DNA of 64,000 bases from Candidatus Aldehydirespiratoraceae bacterium (lineage in GTDB: Bacteria > Actinomycetota > Acidimicrobiia > Acidimicrobiales > Aldehydirespiratoraceae), in the NCBI GenBank assembly GCA_965243715.1, contig CBDEVU010000017.1, positions 241,223 through 305,222 on the forward strand, in the 5' to 3' direction. Positions 7,281-17,107 of this stretch are shown here, one piece after another. Each line of letters begins with the position of its first letter. The first letter of the stretch is position 1. The translations under genes were made by a program, and so were the position numbers. The notes beneath the pieces are model-generated. The model was not told the DNA's origin. It saw only the letters and a list, made by a program, of their open reading frames with translations, and ran no database searches.

Positions 7281-8969
7281 ATGACCGCCCCTGCAACCCC
7301 TTTAGGCTTTGGCGGACTCGGCCTACGAGACGAACTAGTTCAGACCACCACCGACCTCGGCTATGAAGAGCCGACACCAATCCAGCGCGAAGCAATTCCG
7401 CCTATGCTGACCGGCCGAGATCTTCTTGGTCAGGCCGCCACCGGTACGGGCAAGACGGCAGCTTTCGCCCTGCCGGTTCTCAACGCCATCGAGCCGGGGG
7501 CGGAGGCCGTCCCGACCGTGCTAGTGGTAGTGCCAACCCGCGAACTAGCGGTGCAGGTCAGCGAGGCGCTATTCAAATACGGTTCCCGCCAACGCATCAA
7601 AGTCGTGCCGATTTATGGCGGCCAGCCGATTCATCGCCAACTGCAGGCTCTACGCCGCGGGGTCCATGTGGTTGTGGCCACCCCCGGCCGGGCTATCGAT
7701 CACATTCGTCGGGGCTCGCTCGAACTCAACAAAATCCGCACCGTTATTCTTGATGAAGCGGACGAGATGCTCGATATGGGTTTCACTGAGGACATCGAAA
7801 CCATCCTTGACAGCACCCCGAAGGATCGACAAACCGTACTCTTTTCGGCCACCATTCCGGCCCGCATCGAAGCCATTGCGAGGAAGTACCAAACCGATCC
7901 GATTCGGATCAAGATTGCTGCGGGCGAGGCCGCGGCCACTAAGGCGCTTATTCGCCAGACTGCCTACGTCGTTACCCGCTACCACAAGTCCTCGGCTCTC
8001 GGTCGCGTGCTCGATATGGAAGGACCAACCGCCGCTCTAGTGTTTTGTCGCACGCGCGGCGAAGTGGATGAACTCACCGCCACTATGAACGGGCGCGGCT
8101 ACCGGGCAGAGGCACTCCACGGCGGCATGGATCAACCCCAACGCGACCGAGTGATGGGTCGCCTTCGTGATGGCACCGCGGAACTTCTCGTCGCGACCGA
8201 CGTCGCGGCCCGCGGGCTCGATGTTGACACCTTGACCCACGTCGTGAACTACGATGTCCCCAACGCCCCAGATAGCTATGTTCACCGCATTGGTCGGGTC
8301 GGCCGAGCTGGCCGCGAAGGCGTGGCCATCACCCTGGTCGAACCGAAGCAACGTCGCCTGCTCCAAAACATCGAACGTCTAACTAAGCAGACCATCGCTA
8401 TCGAAAAGGTACCCACCGTTGGCGACCTACGCGACAAGCAGATCGAAACAACCGTGGACGCCATTCGCGAGGCCATGACGGCCGACGATCTCGAGAACTA
8501 CTCCACTGTTCTGCGCGGACTGTCTGACGATGGCCGCGATCGCACCATCGCCCTCGCCGCGATCAAGCTCTTCCATCAGGCGCGGGGTGCCACCACCGAC
8601 GAGGTCGAAATCCCCGATGCTTCCGAACGCATGCTGCGCGACGATCGGCCCAACAAGAACAAAAAGTTCCCCAAGGACAAAAAGTTCCCGAAGGGCGCCA
8701 AGGGCAAGCAACAGGTCGGCAACGTCGGTCCCGGCACCGGCCTTATCTTCGTTGCGTTGGGGCGCAAGGCGGGCCTGCGACCCGGTGATCTTGTCGGTTG
8801 CATCGCTAATGAGACCAATCTCACCGGCCGGGAGATCGGACCGATCCGAATCACCGACAACTACTCGGTAGTTGGCGTTCCTGAACAAACCGTCAACGCA
8901 ACGATTACCGCTATCAACGCATCAAGCATCCGCGGCAAGCCAGCCCGGGCCCGCAAATATGTCGCCTGA
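7281..8969 (+). CDS. deaD: DEAD-box ATP-dependent RNA helicase with a C-terminal DbpA-type RNA-binding domain
   Basis: Q-motif PTPIQ, Walker A AATGTGKT, DEADEML, SAT, HRIGRVGRAG. I chose the ATG at 7281 (MTAPATPLGF) rather than the track start at 7254. Confidence 0.9.
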   Translation: MTAPATPLGFGGLGLRDELVQTTTDLGYEEPTPIQREAIPPMLTGRDLLGQAATGTGKTAAFALPVLNAIEPGAEAVPTVLVVVPTRELAVQVSEALFKYGSRQRIKVVPIYGGQPIHRQLQALRRGVHVVVATPGRAIDHIRRGSLELNKIRTVILDEADEMLDMGFTEDIETILDSTPKDRQTVLFSATIPARIEAIARKYQTDPIRIKIAAGEAAATKALIRQTAYVVTRYHKSSALGRVLDMEGPTAALVFCRTRGEVDELTATMNGRGYRAEALHGGMDQPQRDRVMGRLRDGTAELLVATDVAARGLDVDTLTHVVNYDVPNAPDSYVHRIGRVGRAGREGVAITLVEPKQRRLLQNIERLTKQTIAIEKVPTVGDLRDKQIETTVDAIREAMTADDLENYSTVLRGLSDDGRDRTIALAAIKLFHQARGATTDEVEIPDASERMLRDDRPNKNKKFPKDKKFPKGAKGKQQVGNVGPGTGLIFVALGRKAGLRPGDLVGCIANETNLTGREIGPIRITDNYSVVGVPEQTVNATITAINASSIRGKPARARKYVA

Positions 8970-9852
8970 CCTTTCGCCGATCGAGCGCTTTGCCGCGGGG
9001 GCGACAATTGCCGACCTGCCCCTCGACGACATGATGGCGGCCTTTCACCGCGACGGAGCGTTCATCGCCGAAGGACTCTTCGCCCCTGACGTCATCGACC
9101 AGATGCTTGCCGACGCTGACCGTAAAGCAACCGAGGTCGAACCTGGTTCGGCCACGCAGGGATTTGGCGAGGAAGGCAAACTTTTTGCGGGCCAAAACAC
9201 CATCCGTTTCTCCAGTTTGGGCAAAATCTCGGCGGCCTATTTTAAGATGCTCGACAACGAGCGTTACGCGGCATTGGCCGACGCTGTTCTCGTCGATTGT
9301 CCTGGCAAGTACTGGGTCAATACCGGCCAGGTCATGTACATCGGTCCCGGCGAACCCGCCCAGGTACTGCACCGCGACGCCAGCAACTGGTGGGAGTACG
9401 TCAAAGTCACGTGGCCGAACGGGCCGGAGATCACCGTGAGCGCCATGATCGGCCTTGTTGCAACAACGGAAGAACTCGGCGCGACCCGTGTTGTCCCTGG
9501 AAGCCACCGCTGGACTGACCTCGAACGGTTCACTCAACTACCGTCAGTCCCCGCTGAACTCGGTCCCGGCGACGCTTTAATCTACTCGGGCTATGTCCTT
9601 CACGGCGGCGGTGAAAACCGGACAACCGACCAGTGGCGCAAAGCAATGCACCTTAGCTTTGTGGCCGGTTGGCTCACCCCTGAAGAGTCCTGCGCCATCG
9701 ACTTTACCCACGCGGAACTCCAGGTTCAGTCGCCGAGGGTTCAGCGCCTCCTCGGGCACCGCTCTTACAACCCGAGTCCGTCTCCTGGTGGCGGTTTGTG
9801 GCTGCGAAACGTCAGCGCTATCGAAGAAGCACCCCATATCAGGATGGTTTGA
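8959..9852 (+). CDS. phytanoyl-CoA dioxygenase (PhyH) family Fe(II)/2-oxoglutarate oxygenase
   Basis: PhyH-like N-terminus (FHRDGAFIAEGLF) and an HRD iron-ligand motif (VLHRDASNW) with a distal His (YVLHGGGEN). The ATG at 8959 overlaps the deaD end by 11 nt, so the track start at 8872 lies inside deaD. Confidence 0.75.
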   Translation: MSPDLSPIERFAAGATIADLPLDDMMAAFHRDGAFIAEGLFAPDVIDQMLADADRKATEVEPGSATQGFGEEGKLFAGQNTIRFSSLGKISAAYFKMLDNERYAALADAVLVDCPGKYWVNTGQVMYIGPGEPAQVLHRDASNWWEYVKVTWPNGPEITVSAMIGLVATTEELGATRVVPGSHRWTDLERFTQLPSVPAELGPGDALIYSGYVLHGGGENRTTDQWRKAMHLSFVAGWLTPEESCAIDFTHAELQVQSPRVQRLLGHRSYNPSPSPGGGLWLRNVSAIEEAPHIRMV

Positions 9853-9875
9853 TCGCCAACCGCTAACGTCCACCG

Positions 9876-10874
9876 ATGGCTGCTATTCCTTCGCCCGTCT
9901 CCCCCACCGTCGACTACGACGCTTCAGGGATCCAGAACGGTTTCCTACAACTCCCTCACAGCCACGACACTTCGGCCTACGGCGCGGTCATGATTCCCGT
10001 TTCGGTCATCGCCAACGGAGAGGGCCCCACGGTGCTGCTCACCGGCGGCAACCACGGCGACGAATACCAAGGACCACTCGCCCTCATCCGTTTGATCGCA
10101 ACGCTCGACCTCGATCTTGTGGCGGGCCGCATCATCATTATCCCCACCATGAACCAGCCCGCCTTCGCCGCGGCAACTCGAACCTCCCCGATCGACGGCG
10201 GTAACCTTAACCGAGCGTTCCCCGGTCGTCCTAACGGCACGGTCACCGAGAAAATCGCCGACTACATGGCACGCGAACTGCTACCCCTCGCCGATGTGGT
10301 CATGGACATTCACGACGGCGGAAAGACCCTTGAGTTCGTGCCGATGGCGTGTATCCACCCTCTAGGTGACCAAGTCGCTGAGGACCGCAGTTGGCAGTAC
10401 GCGCTAGCCTTCGCCGCCCCATACACCTGCAAACTCGTCGAAATCGACACCATTGGCATGTGGGACACGCTGGTAGAGGAGAGCGGCAAGACCTTCATCA
10501 CCACCGAATTAGGCGGCACCGGAACCACACGCCCCGACTGGGCGGAGATTGGCCTGCGCGGGGTCAAAAATGTGCTGCGCCATGCCGGTGTCCTCACCGA
10601 TCCCCACGAGCCATCACCGTCGCAAATCCTCGACATTCCCCTCGACGGGGCCTACCTAACTAGCCACCACGACGGCCTAGTGGAGTGGCTGGTTACCCTC
10701 GGCGACCCGATCCGGGCCGGACAAATCATCGCCAAGGTGCATGATCTTGTCCACATCGGCACCGAACCAACCAACTACCGCGCCACGATCGACGGCATTC
10801 TGGCGATGCGCCACTTCCCGGGTCTCATCAAACTAGGGGACTGCCTGGGCATGCAGGGCACCATCGTCGGGTGA
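9876..10874 (+). CDS. succinylglutamate desuccinylase/aspartoacylase (AstE/AspA, M14-like) family deacylase
   Basis: TVLLTGGNHGDEYQGPLALIRL and the zinc-ligand context are typical of this family (includes DoeB-type deacetylases). Confidence 0.75.
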   Translation: MAAIPSPVSPTVDYDASGIQNGFLQLPHSHDTSAYGAVMIPVSVIANGEGPTVLLTGGNHGDEYQGPLALIRLIATLDLDLVAGRIIIIPTMNQPAFAAATRTSPIDGGNLNRAFPGRPNGTVTEKIADYMARELLPLADVVMDIHDGGKTLEFVPMACIHPLGDQVAEDRSWQYALAFAAPYTCKLVEIDTIGMWDTLVEESGKTFITTELGGTGTTRPDWAEIGLRGVKNVLRHAGVLTDPHEPSPSQILDIPLDGAYLTSHHDGLVEWLVTLGDPIRAGQIIAKVHDLVHIGTEPTNYRATIDGILAMRHFPGLIKLGDCLGMQGTIVG

Positions 10875-10957
10875 GCAAACCCCCAACGGGGAGCGTGCTC
10901 GATTCGAGCCTGGGGTGACACCCTTACCAGGGGTCCGCAAGCTAGTTTTGACAAAAT

Positions 10958-12238
10958 ATGTCGACCCTTCGATTGCTCAGCGCGGTGCTTATAAGCACCC
11001 TACTCATCTCGCCCGCACTGATACCGGACCCGGTTACCGCTTCGCCCGTTCTAAACGCCGTAGCGGCCACCAATCTCACGCCCGACGAGATGCTCGCCAC
11101 CTTTGACAATGCCAACCTGCCTGGTCTGGCCGCCGTGGGCGATCCACCATCGATCACCGGAAACGCCGACCTCGATGCCCGCATCCGAGACCTTGGTGAG
11201 GCGCGTGGCTACCAACGTCGCCCTGAACCCTCGGGGGAGTTAACCCTCGTCGACGGCTACCGACTCCAACCCGATGCCGGCCACGCGTGGGAGTCTTTAC
11301 AAGCCGCGGCGGCCAACGCAGGCCACAGCATCACCTTGACCTCGGCCTATCGCAGTGCCAACACCCAAAAATACATACTGCGGAGGAACCTCACCGGAAC
11401 CAACGACGAGGCAATCAAAGCGGTACTCACCACAGTGGCGGTTCCCGGCTACTCCAAGCACCACACCGGCTACGCCATCGACATAAAATCAGGCTCCGCG
11501 GTTCTCCACCAGTTCGCTAACTCCGCTGCTTATGCTTGGCTGGCGGCCGACAACTGGGCCAATGCTAAAGCCCACGGCTGGCTCCCCAGCTACCCCGACG
11601 GAACAACCGCCGCGGGACCGAATCCCGAACCGTGGGAGTTCGTTTGGGTGGGCGTCACCAACATCATCTGCGGTGATTTCACGGCCACCGCCGAGACCCC
11701 TTTCTGCGACACAACCGATTCATCTTTCGCCAGCGATATCCGCTGGCTGTCCGATGAGGGAATAACCAACGGATGTGGGCCGATCCGCTTCTGCACGACC
11801 AACAATGTCACCCGTGGCGAGGTCGCGGCCTTCTTGTACCGACTGTTCGATAAGCCAGCCAGCGACTCGGTCATCCCCTTCGCCGATGTCGCCGACAATA
11901 CCTTCTTCACCGAACCAGTTCGCTGGATGATCGGCGAGGTCACAACGACCGGAACAAGCCCGACGACGTTCTCTCCTTACGACCAACTCACCCGAGCCCA
12001 ATTCGTCACCTTCTTGTGGCGAGCCGCGGGCCGTCCTTTTGTCGAGTCTGAACTCGCCTTCACCGACGTCGACCCCAACAGCTATGCCGTTCATGCGATT
12101 CGCTGGGCCAGCGAAGTTCAGATCACGACCGGAACAAGCCCCACGACGTTCTCGCCTGACGCCACCACTACTCGCGGCCAAGTCGCCGCGTTCTTGTCGC
12201 GGTTCAACGTCGCAGCATCCGTTCGGCATACCAGTTAG
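10958..12238 (+). CDS. secreted M15B (VanY-type) D-alanyl-D-alanine carboxypeptidase with three C-terminal SLH-like repeats
   Basis: Signal-like N-terminus. VanY motifs SAYRS...Q and PGYSKHHTGYAIDI. Three F.DV...-IRW-...TTGTSPTTFSP...TR.Q.A.FL.R repeats. A ~180-nt periodicity is visible at DNA level (gaccggaacaagccc at about 11948 and 12128). Confidence 0.8.
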   Translation: MSTLRLLSAVLISTLLISPALIPDPVTASPVLNAVAATNLTPDEMLATFDNANLPGLAAVGDPPSITGNADLDARIRDLGEARGYQRRPEPSGELTLVDGYRLQPDAGHAWESLQAAAANAGHSITLTSAYRSANTQKYILRRNLTGTNDEAIKAVLTTVAVPGYSKHHTGYAIDIKSGSAVLHQFANSAAYAWLAADNWANAKAHGWLPSYPDGTTAAGPNPEPWEFVWVGVTNIICGDFTATAETPFCDTTDSSFASDIRWLSDEGITNGCGPIRFCTTNNVTRGEVAAFLYRLFDKPASDSVIPFADVADNTFFTEPVRWMIGEVTTTGTSPTTFSPYDQLTRAQFVTFLWRAAGRPFVESELAFTDVDPNSYAVHAIRWASEVQITTGTSPTTFSPDATTTRGQVAAFLSRFNVAASVRHTS

Positions 12239-12557
12239 CGAAACTAGCAACCGCTGGCTCGAGATAGCTGAACGGTCCAGGTAGATGGCGGCTCGTTCTG
12301 CGAAACCATCGGAATCGATAGTTTGGGGCGGGAAACAAACCGCCTGAACACACCGAGTGCGGTGCGGTCCATCGGGGTAGACCTCATATAGCCACATGGC
12401 GGCTCGTCCGGTTGAAAACTTCGGCAAACGCCTTCCAGTTGCAGTCCACCGTGAACTCACGGCGACGCACGGTGACTAGGTCCGCCACAGGCCACGACAG
12501 TGTTCGAGATCGGCGGCTACCTCAGCCGGAAGCAACGAAGGGTTCACAGAAGAGAGC

Positions 12558-14675
12558 CTATTCGTTACGGACACTACGGAACCGCCGTAGGCGCAGGCTG
12601 TTAGTGACCACAAAGAGCGAAGAAACGCCCATTGCGGCGGCGGCAATCATTGGGTTCAGTACCCCGGCGGCCGCCAGTGGGATCGCCGCAGCGTTATAGG
12701 CGAAGGCCCAGAACAAGTTGCCCTTGATGGTGGCCAGAGTCCGTCGCGACAAGGCAATCGAGTCGACCACCGCCCGCAGATCACCGCTCACAATGGTGAG
12801 GTCCGAGGCCTCGATCGCCACGTCGGTCCCCGTACCGAGGGCAATGCCTAGATCGGCAGTAGCCAGGGCAGGGGCGTCGTTGATGCCGTCGCCCACCATG
12901 GCGACCCGTTGACCACCGGCCTGGAGTTGGGCCACTACTTGCGCCTTGCGTTGCGGAAACACATCGGCGATGACCCGATCTATACCGACAGTATCGGCTA
13001 CCATCTTGGCGGTTTGTTCGTTGTCGCCGGTAAGCAGGACCGTCTGCAAGCCGCTTTGGTGGAACAATTCGATGGCTTCTTTCGAGGTCGATTTGATCTC
13101 GTCACCGACCACAAAAACCGCTTCGGCCTGCTCACCGCGTCCGGCAGCCACGACCGTGTGTCCGTCGAGGCGGGCACGGTCGACGACAGTCGCTAACCGG
13201 TCATGTAGATCACTAAACATTGACGGTCGCCCCACCCGAACGGCTCGCCCGGCCACCACGCCGGTAACGCCCCAGCCCGCCTGATTTTCGAATGAGTCAA
13301 CCTGTCGGTGGTCGGTGACCGCGGTCGCGACCGCCGCGGCAATCGGATGTTCGGAACGAGATTCCAGCGAGGCGGCGTCGGCGACTAGGTCAGGATCGTC
13401 CCCCGTCACGTCGATGAGGGTCATCTCGCCGGTGGTGATGGTACCGGTCTTGTCGAGCACCACGATCTCGACCAGGCGGGTGTCTTCTAGGACTTCACCG
13501 CCTTTAATAATGACCCCTAGCTCCGCGCCTCTGCCGGTGCCAACCATGATGCCCAGCGGCGTGGCGAGGCCTAGGGCGCACGGGCAGGCGATTATCAAAA
13601 CGGCCACGGCCGCTGTGAACGCGGTACTCGCCGGGGCGCCCGCGATGAGCCACGCGGCCAGAGTCAATACCGCAATACCAATCGCCATCGGCACGAACAC
13701 ACCTGCCACCCGATCGGCGAGGCGCTGGACTTCAGCTCGACTCCCCTGTGCTTGGTCAACCAACCGAATAATCTGAGCCAGTGCCGTGTCTGCACCGACT
13801 CGGCTTGCCTCGACCGTGAGCGACCCGTTGGTGTTGATCGTTGCTCCCACCACCTCATCGCCGGGACCGACATCAACGGGTACCGGTTCACCGGTCACCA
13901 TTGCCATGTCAACCGCGCTGCGGCCAGCGACCACGACCCCATCGGTGGCGACCCGCTCGCCTGGCGCAACAACGAAACGCTGGCCCACCGCCAGATCGGC
14001 CACGGCAATCGTTGTACCGTCAACTAGGGTGGCCGCGGCCGCGCCCAGATCGGCTAGGGCCCGCAGAGCATCGCCCGAACGACGCTTCGCGGCAGCTTCC
14101 AACCACTTCCCCAAGAGGATCAAGGTAACGATCATGGCCGCGGTCTCGAAATAGACATGCTCGGCGAGGCCGCCGACCAGCACCACCATCGACCACAGCC
14201 AAGCGGCACCCGCGCCGAGCGAAACGAGGGTGTCCATCGTCGCCGTTCGATGACGCAGGTTGGCCACCGCACCGCGGTGAAACACCGAACCGGACCAAAA
14301 TACTACCGGCGTAGCAAGCGCGCCAAGAACCCAGCCATCGCCGGAAAAAGACAGTGCCGACACCATAGAAATGACCATGATCGGAATCGTTAAAGCCAGC
14401 GCTGTCCCGAAACGCTGACGGAGATCCGCGGTACGGGCTTCCTCGGCTGCTTCGAGTCGATCAGCATCGGTGACCTGATAGCCGAGTCCGGTCACGATCG
14501 CCGCGAAACGTTGGTCGGTGACCGAATCCTCATGGCGGATCGTGGCCCGCGCCGTGGCGAAGTTCACGTTGGCATCCACCACCCCGTCGATATCTGCGAG
14601 GGCACTTTGGATACCCGACGCGCACCCGCCGCACGTCATGCCACTAATAGTGATGTCCGTCACCTGCAGGTTCAT
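12558..14675 (-). CDS. copA: copper-translocating P1B-type ATPase
   Basis: N-terminal HMA domain GMTCGGCA, transmembrane CPC motif (IIACPCALGLATP), DKTGTIT phosphorylation site, GDGINDAP hinge. Confidence 0.9.
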   Translation of the reverse strand: MNLQVTDITISGMTCGGCASGIQSALADIDGVVDANVNFATARATIRHEDSVTDQRFAAIVTGLGYQVTDADRLEAAEEARTADLRQRFGTALALTIPIMVISMVSALSFSGDGWVLGALATPVVFWSGSVFHRGAVANLRHRTATMDTLVSLGAGAAWLWSMVVLVGGLAEHVYFETAAMIVTLILLGKWLEAAAKRRSGDALRALADLGAAAATLVDGTTIAVADLAVGQRFVVAPGERVATDGVVVAGRSAVDMAMVTGEPVPVDVGPGDEVVGATINTNGSLTVEASRVGADTALAQIIRLVDQAQGSRAEVQRLADRVAGVFVPMAIGIAVLTLAAWLIAGAPASTAFTAAVAVLIIACPCALGLATPLGIMVGTGRGAELGVIIKGGEVLEDTRLVEIVVLDKTGTITTGEMTLIDVTGDDPDLVADAASLESRSEHPIAAAVATAVTDHRQVDSFENQAGWGVTGVVAGRAVRVGRPSMFSDLHDRLATVVDRARLDGHTVVAAGRGEQAEAVFVVGDEIKSTSKEAIELFHQSGLQTVLLTGDNEQTAKMVADTVGIDRVIADVFPQRKAQVVAQLQAGGQRVAMVGDGINDAPALATADLGIALGTGTDVAIEASDLTIVSGDLRAVVDSIALSRRTLATIKGNLFWAFAYNAAAIPLAAAGVLNPMIAAAAMGVSSLFVVTNSLRLRRFRSVRNE

Positions 14676-14697
14676 GGCTCTAGCGTAGTCTGATGTA

Positions 14698-16293
14698 GTG
14701 GCTACAAATATTGCCGCCCTTCACTTCGACAATCGTTTTACCGAGGAGTTACCCGGAGATCCGGTCAGTCTGAACCGGCCTCGTCAGGTACACGGGGCCG
14801 CTTTTAGTCGCGTTCAGCCCACCCCGACCCGAGAACCAAAACTGCTCGCTCACTCCCCCGAAGTCCTCGATTTGTTGGACCTGCCTTCTGATGTCGCCAC
14901 CGGAGAAGAGTTCGTCCGAATCTTCTCCGGCAACGCCACGCTCGCTTCGATGGACCCTCACGCTGCGTGCTACGGCGGCCACCAATTTGGCCACTGGGCG
15001 GGGCAACTGGGCGACGGACGGGCTATCACCCTCGGTGAAATCGTTACCGCTAGCGGCACCCGTCACATGCTCCAACTCAAAGGGGCGGGTCCGACCCCGT
15101 ACTCGCGTACCGCCGACGGTCTAGCCGTACTGCGATCATCGGTCCGCGAATTTCTCTGCAGCGAAGCCATGCACCACCTTGGCGTACCCACCACCAGAGC
15201 ACTGAGCTTGGCCACCACCGGCGAATCCGTCCGGCGCGACATGTTCTACGACGGCCACCCCCAAGACGAACCCGGCGCGGTCGTGTGCCGGGTCGCGCCG
15301 TCGTTTATTCGCTTCGGCAGTTTCGAGATCTTCACCTCGCGCGACGACACCGACACCCTCCGCACTCTCGTCGATCACACCATCGCGACCCACTTTCCCG
15401 AGTTCGATGAACCCGGCCGCGAGACGTACCTAGCATGGTTTCGCGAGGTGGCGCGTCGCACGGCGGAGATGATCGTACACTGGCAACGAGTAGGTTTCGT
15501 TCACGGCGTGATGAACACCGACAACATGTCGATCCACGGACTCACCATCGATTACGGCCCTTACGGCTGGCTCGAGGACTACGACCCCGGCTGGACCCCC
15601 AACACCACCGACCGACAATTCAAGCGCTACCGTTTCGGCGCCCAACCCCATATCGGCCAGTGGAACCTGACCCAACTCGCCAACGCCATCTACCCGCTCA
15701 TTGGCGAAGCAGAACCACTCCAAGCGGCACTCAACACTTACGGCGAGGAGTTCAATCGGCGCTGGCTCGAGATGATGGGGGCCAAGTTGGGACTGCCTGA
15801 AGTCGACCCCGAACGCGACCGGGGTCTGGTCAGCGATCTGCTTGAGATACTTCCCATGGTGGAGACCGACATGACCCTCTTCTTTCGAGGCCTAGCCAAC
15901 GTCGACACCGCAGCTAACCACCCGACCGACGACGACCTGCTCGCTCCCCTCCTCGACGCCTACTACGACCCCAGCCAACTAATTGGTGACCCGCGCGCGG
16001 CTACTCTGGCGTGGTTGCACGACTACTGCGCCCGACTTCGTGCCCTCGGCTACCGCGACGACCTCCGCAAGGCCGCCATGGACGCAGTAAACCCGAAATA
16101 CGTGCTGCGCAACTATCTCGCCCAACTCGCCATCGACGAAGCCCAGCAAGGCAACCCAGGCGAGATCCGCGCCCTGTTCGACGTACTGCGCCACCCCTAC
16201 GACGAACAACCCGCCCAACAACGGTTCGCAGAGAAGCGCCCCGACTGGGCACGCACCCGCCCCGGCTGCTCCATGCTGTCGTGCTCGTCCTAG
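14698..16293 (+). CDS. selO: protein adenylyltransferase SelO (YdiU/UPF0061)
   Basis: Family-typical blocks (YGGHQFG.WAGQLGDGRA, LKGAG.TPYSR, HGVMNTDNMSI.GLTIDYGP). Ends ...SCSS, with Cys where the eukaryotic enzyme has Sec. The start codon is GTG. Confidence 0.9.
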   Translation: MATNIAALHFDNRFTEELPGDPVSLNRPRQVHGAAFSRVQPTPTREPKLLAHSPEVLDLLDLPSDVATGEEFVRIFSGNATLASMDPHAACYGGHQFGHWAGQLGDGRAITLGEIVTASGTRHMLQLKGAGPTPYSRTADGLAVLRSSVREFLCSEAMHHLGVPTTRALSLATTGESVRRDMFYDGHPQDEPGAVVCRVAPSFIRFGSFEIFTSRDDTDTLRTLVDHTIATHFPEFDEPGRETYLAWFREVARRTAEMIVHWQRVGFVHGVMNTDNMSIHGLTIDYGPYGWLEDYDPGWTPNTTDRQFKRYRFGAQPHIGQWNLTQLANAIYPLIGEAEPLQAALNTYGEEFNRRWLEMMGAKLGLPEVDPERDRGLVSDLLEILPMVETDMTLFFRGLANVDTAANHPTDDDLLAPLLDAYYDPSQLIGDPRAATLAWLHDYCARLRALGYRDDLRKAAMDAVNPKYVLRNYLAQLAIDEAQQGNPGEIRALFDVLRHPYDEQPAQQRFAEKRPDWARTRPGCSMLSCSS

Positions 16294-16313
16294 CTCGTCC
16301 CCGGGGCTAGGGG

Positions 16314-16862
16314 CTAGAGCTTGGTGATGGTGTCGCCGCGGCGGATGGTGCCGGTAGTGACCACTCGGGCGTTGACGCCCCGCAAGTGCAGCGTTTTGCC
16401 GAGTTCGGAGTTCACAAACCGGTGGGCATCGAGGCCGAAACGCCGAATGAACTTCGCACAGCCGGTGTGGGGTTGATCGGTGATCTCGATGACCGCCTCG
16501 CCGATCGCCAACTTTGTCCACGCCGGTAGATTGGCCTCGCTGAGATCAAAATCAACAATTAGCTGATCGCCAGCAAGGGCCCAGCGTTGCGGACTTTGAG
16601 CGACTTGGGCGAGGATTCGAGCGTTCATAATGTTGAGTTGCATATCTCGATGTGGTCCGCCGTCCTCGGTGCGCGACGAGGGTCGCTGGTTCCAATTGTC
16701 GCCCGCCAGCCCCTCCTGTGGGTTGAGTTCTGCGGTCTCCAGCACCACCCGCACCTCGTTCTCGGGCCGTTGCACGATCAAAGCCAGCGTGCCGTTATCG
16801 GCCGGTGAGGCTCGGACCTCATCGAGGCCCGCTTCGAGTTGTTCGGTAGTCAGATGCTCCAT
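16314..16862 (-). CDS. MOSC domain-containing protein
   Basis: The C-terminal HTGCAKFIRRFG ... LRGVNARVVTTGTIRRGD is typical of MOSC beta-barrel proteins. I chose the ATG at 16862 (MEHLTTEQ). Confidence 0.75.
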   Translation of the reverse strand: MEHLTTEQLEAGLDEVRASPADNGTLALIVQRPENEVRVVLETAELNPQEGLAGDNWNQRPSSRTEDGGPHRDMQLNIMNARILAQVAQSPQRWALAGDQLIVDFDLSEANLPAWTKLAIGEAVIEITDQPHTGCAKFIRRFGLDAHRFVNSELGKTLHLRGVNARVVTTGTIRRGDTITKL

Positions 16863-17107
16863 AGCCCCAGTCTTACCCGAATAGGGCCGCGAGTGGTTGG
16901 GTTCGTCGTGACCGCAACGCCCGCTGGTATGAGGTGGGAGCCGTTGCAACACCGGCTAGTATCGAAAAACCCTACTCGCCTAACCAACGTCGTTGGAATC
17001 TACATCTGTGCAGCCATAACGCATCGGCCGCACCTTTACCTAACGTTTGACTACGGCTTCCGGGTGCCGCTAAACCGCGGACAATCCCGTATGGAGGGAA
17101 CAAGCTA

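Noticed and set aside
8657-8694. Short direct repeat in deaD encoding NKKFPKDKKFPKG
   Set aside because: It is an in-frame duplication within the basic, low-complexity linker that is common in DeaD-type helicases. It is not a separate element.
10875-10957. Possible c-di-AMP (ydaO-type) riboswitch upstream of the cell-wall peptidase, suggested by ACGGGGAG, GGGGUGA and CCGCAAGC blocks and several small hairpins
   Set aside because: The intergenic region is only 83 nt, too short for the pseudo-symmetric ydaO architecture. The 3' conserved block (AGCUAACCUCGUAAGCG) is absent. A covariance-model scan would be needed to revive this call.
14698-16293. SelO as evidence for selenium utilisation supporting the Sec hypothesis
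   Set aside because: Bacterial SelO is named after the eukaryotic selenoprotein but ends in Cys (...SCSS here) with no UGA. It says nothing about the presence of Sec machinery.
16294-16313. ccccggggctaggggctag between the convergent selO and MOSC genes as a bidirectional terminator
   Set aside because: It offers only a loop-less CCCC/GGGG palindrome and an 8-nt direct repeat. There is no stable stem-loop or U-tract.
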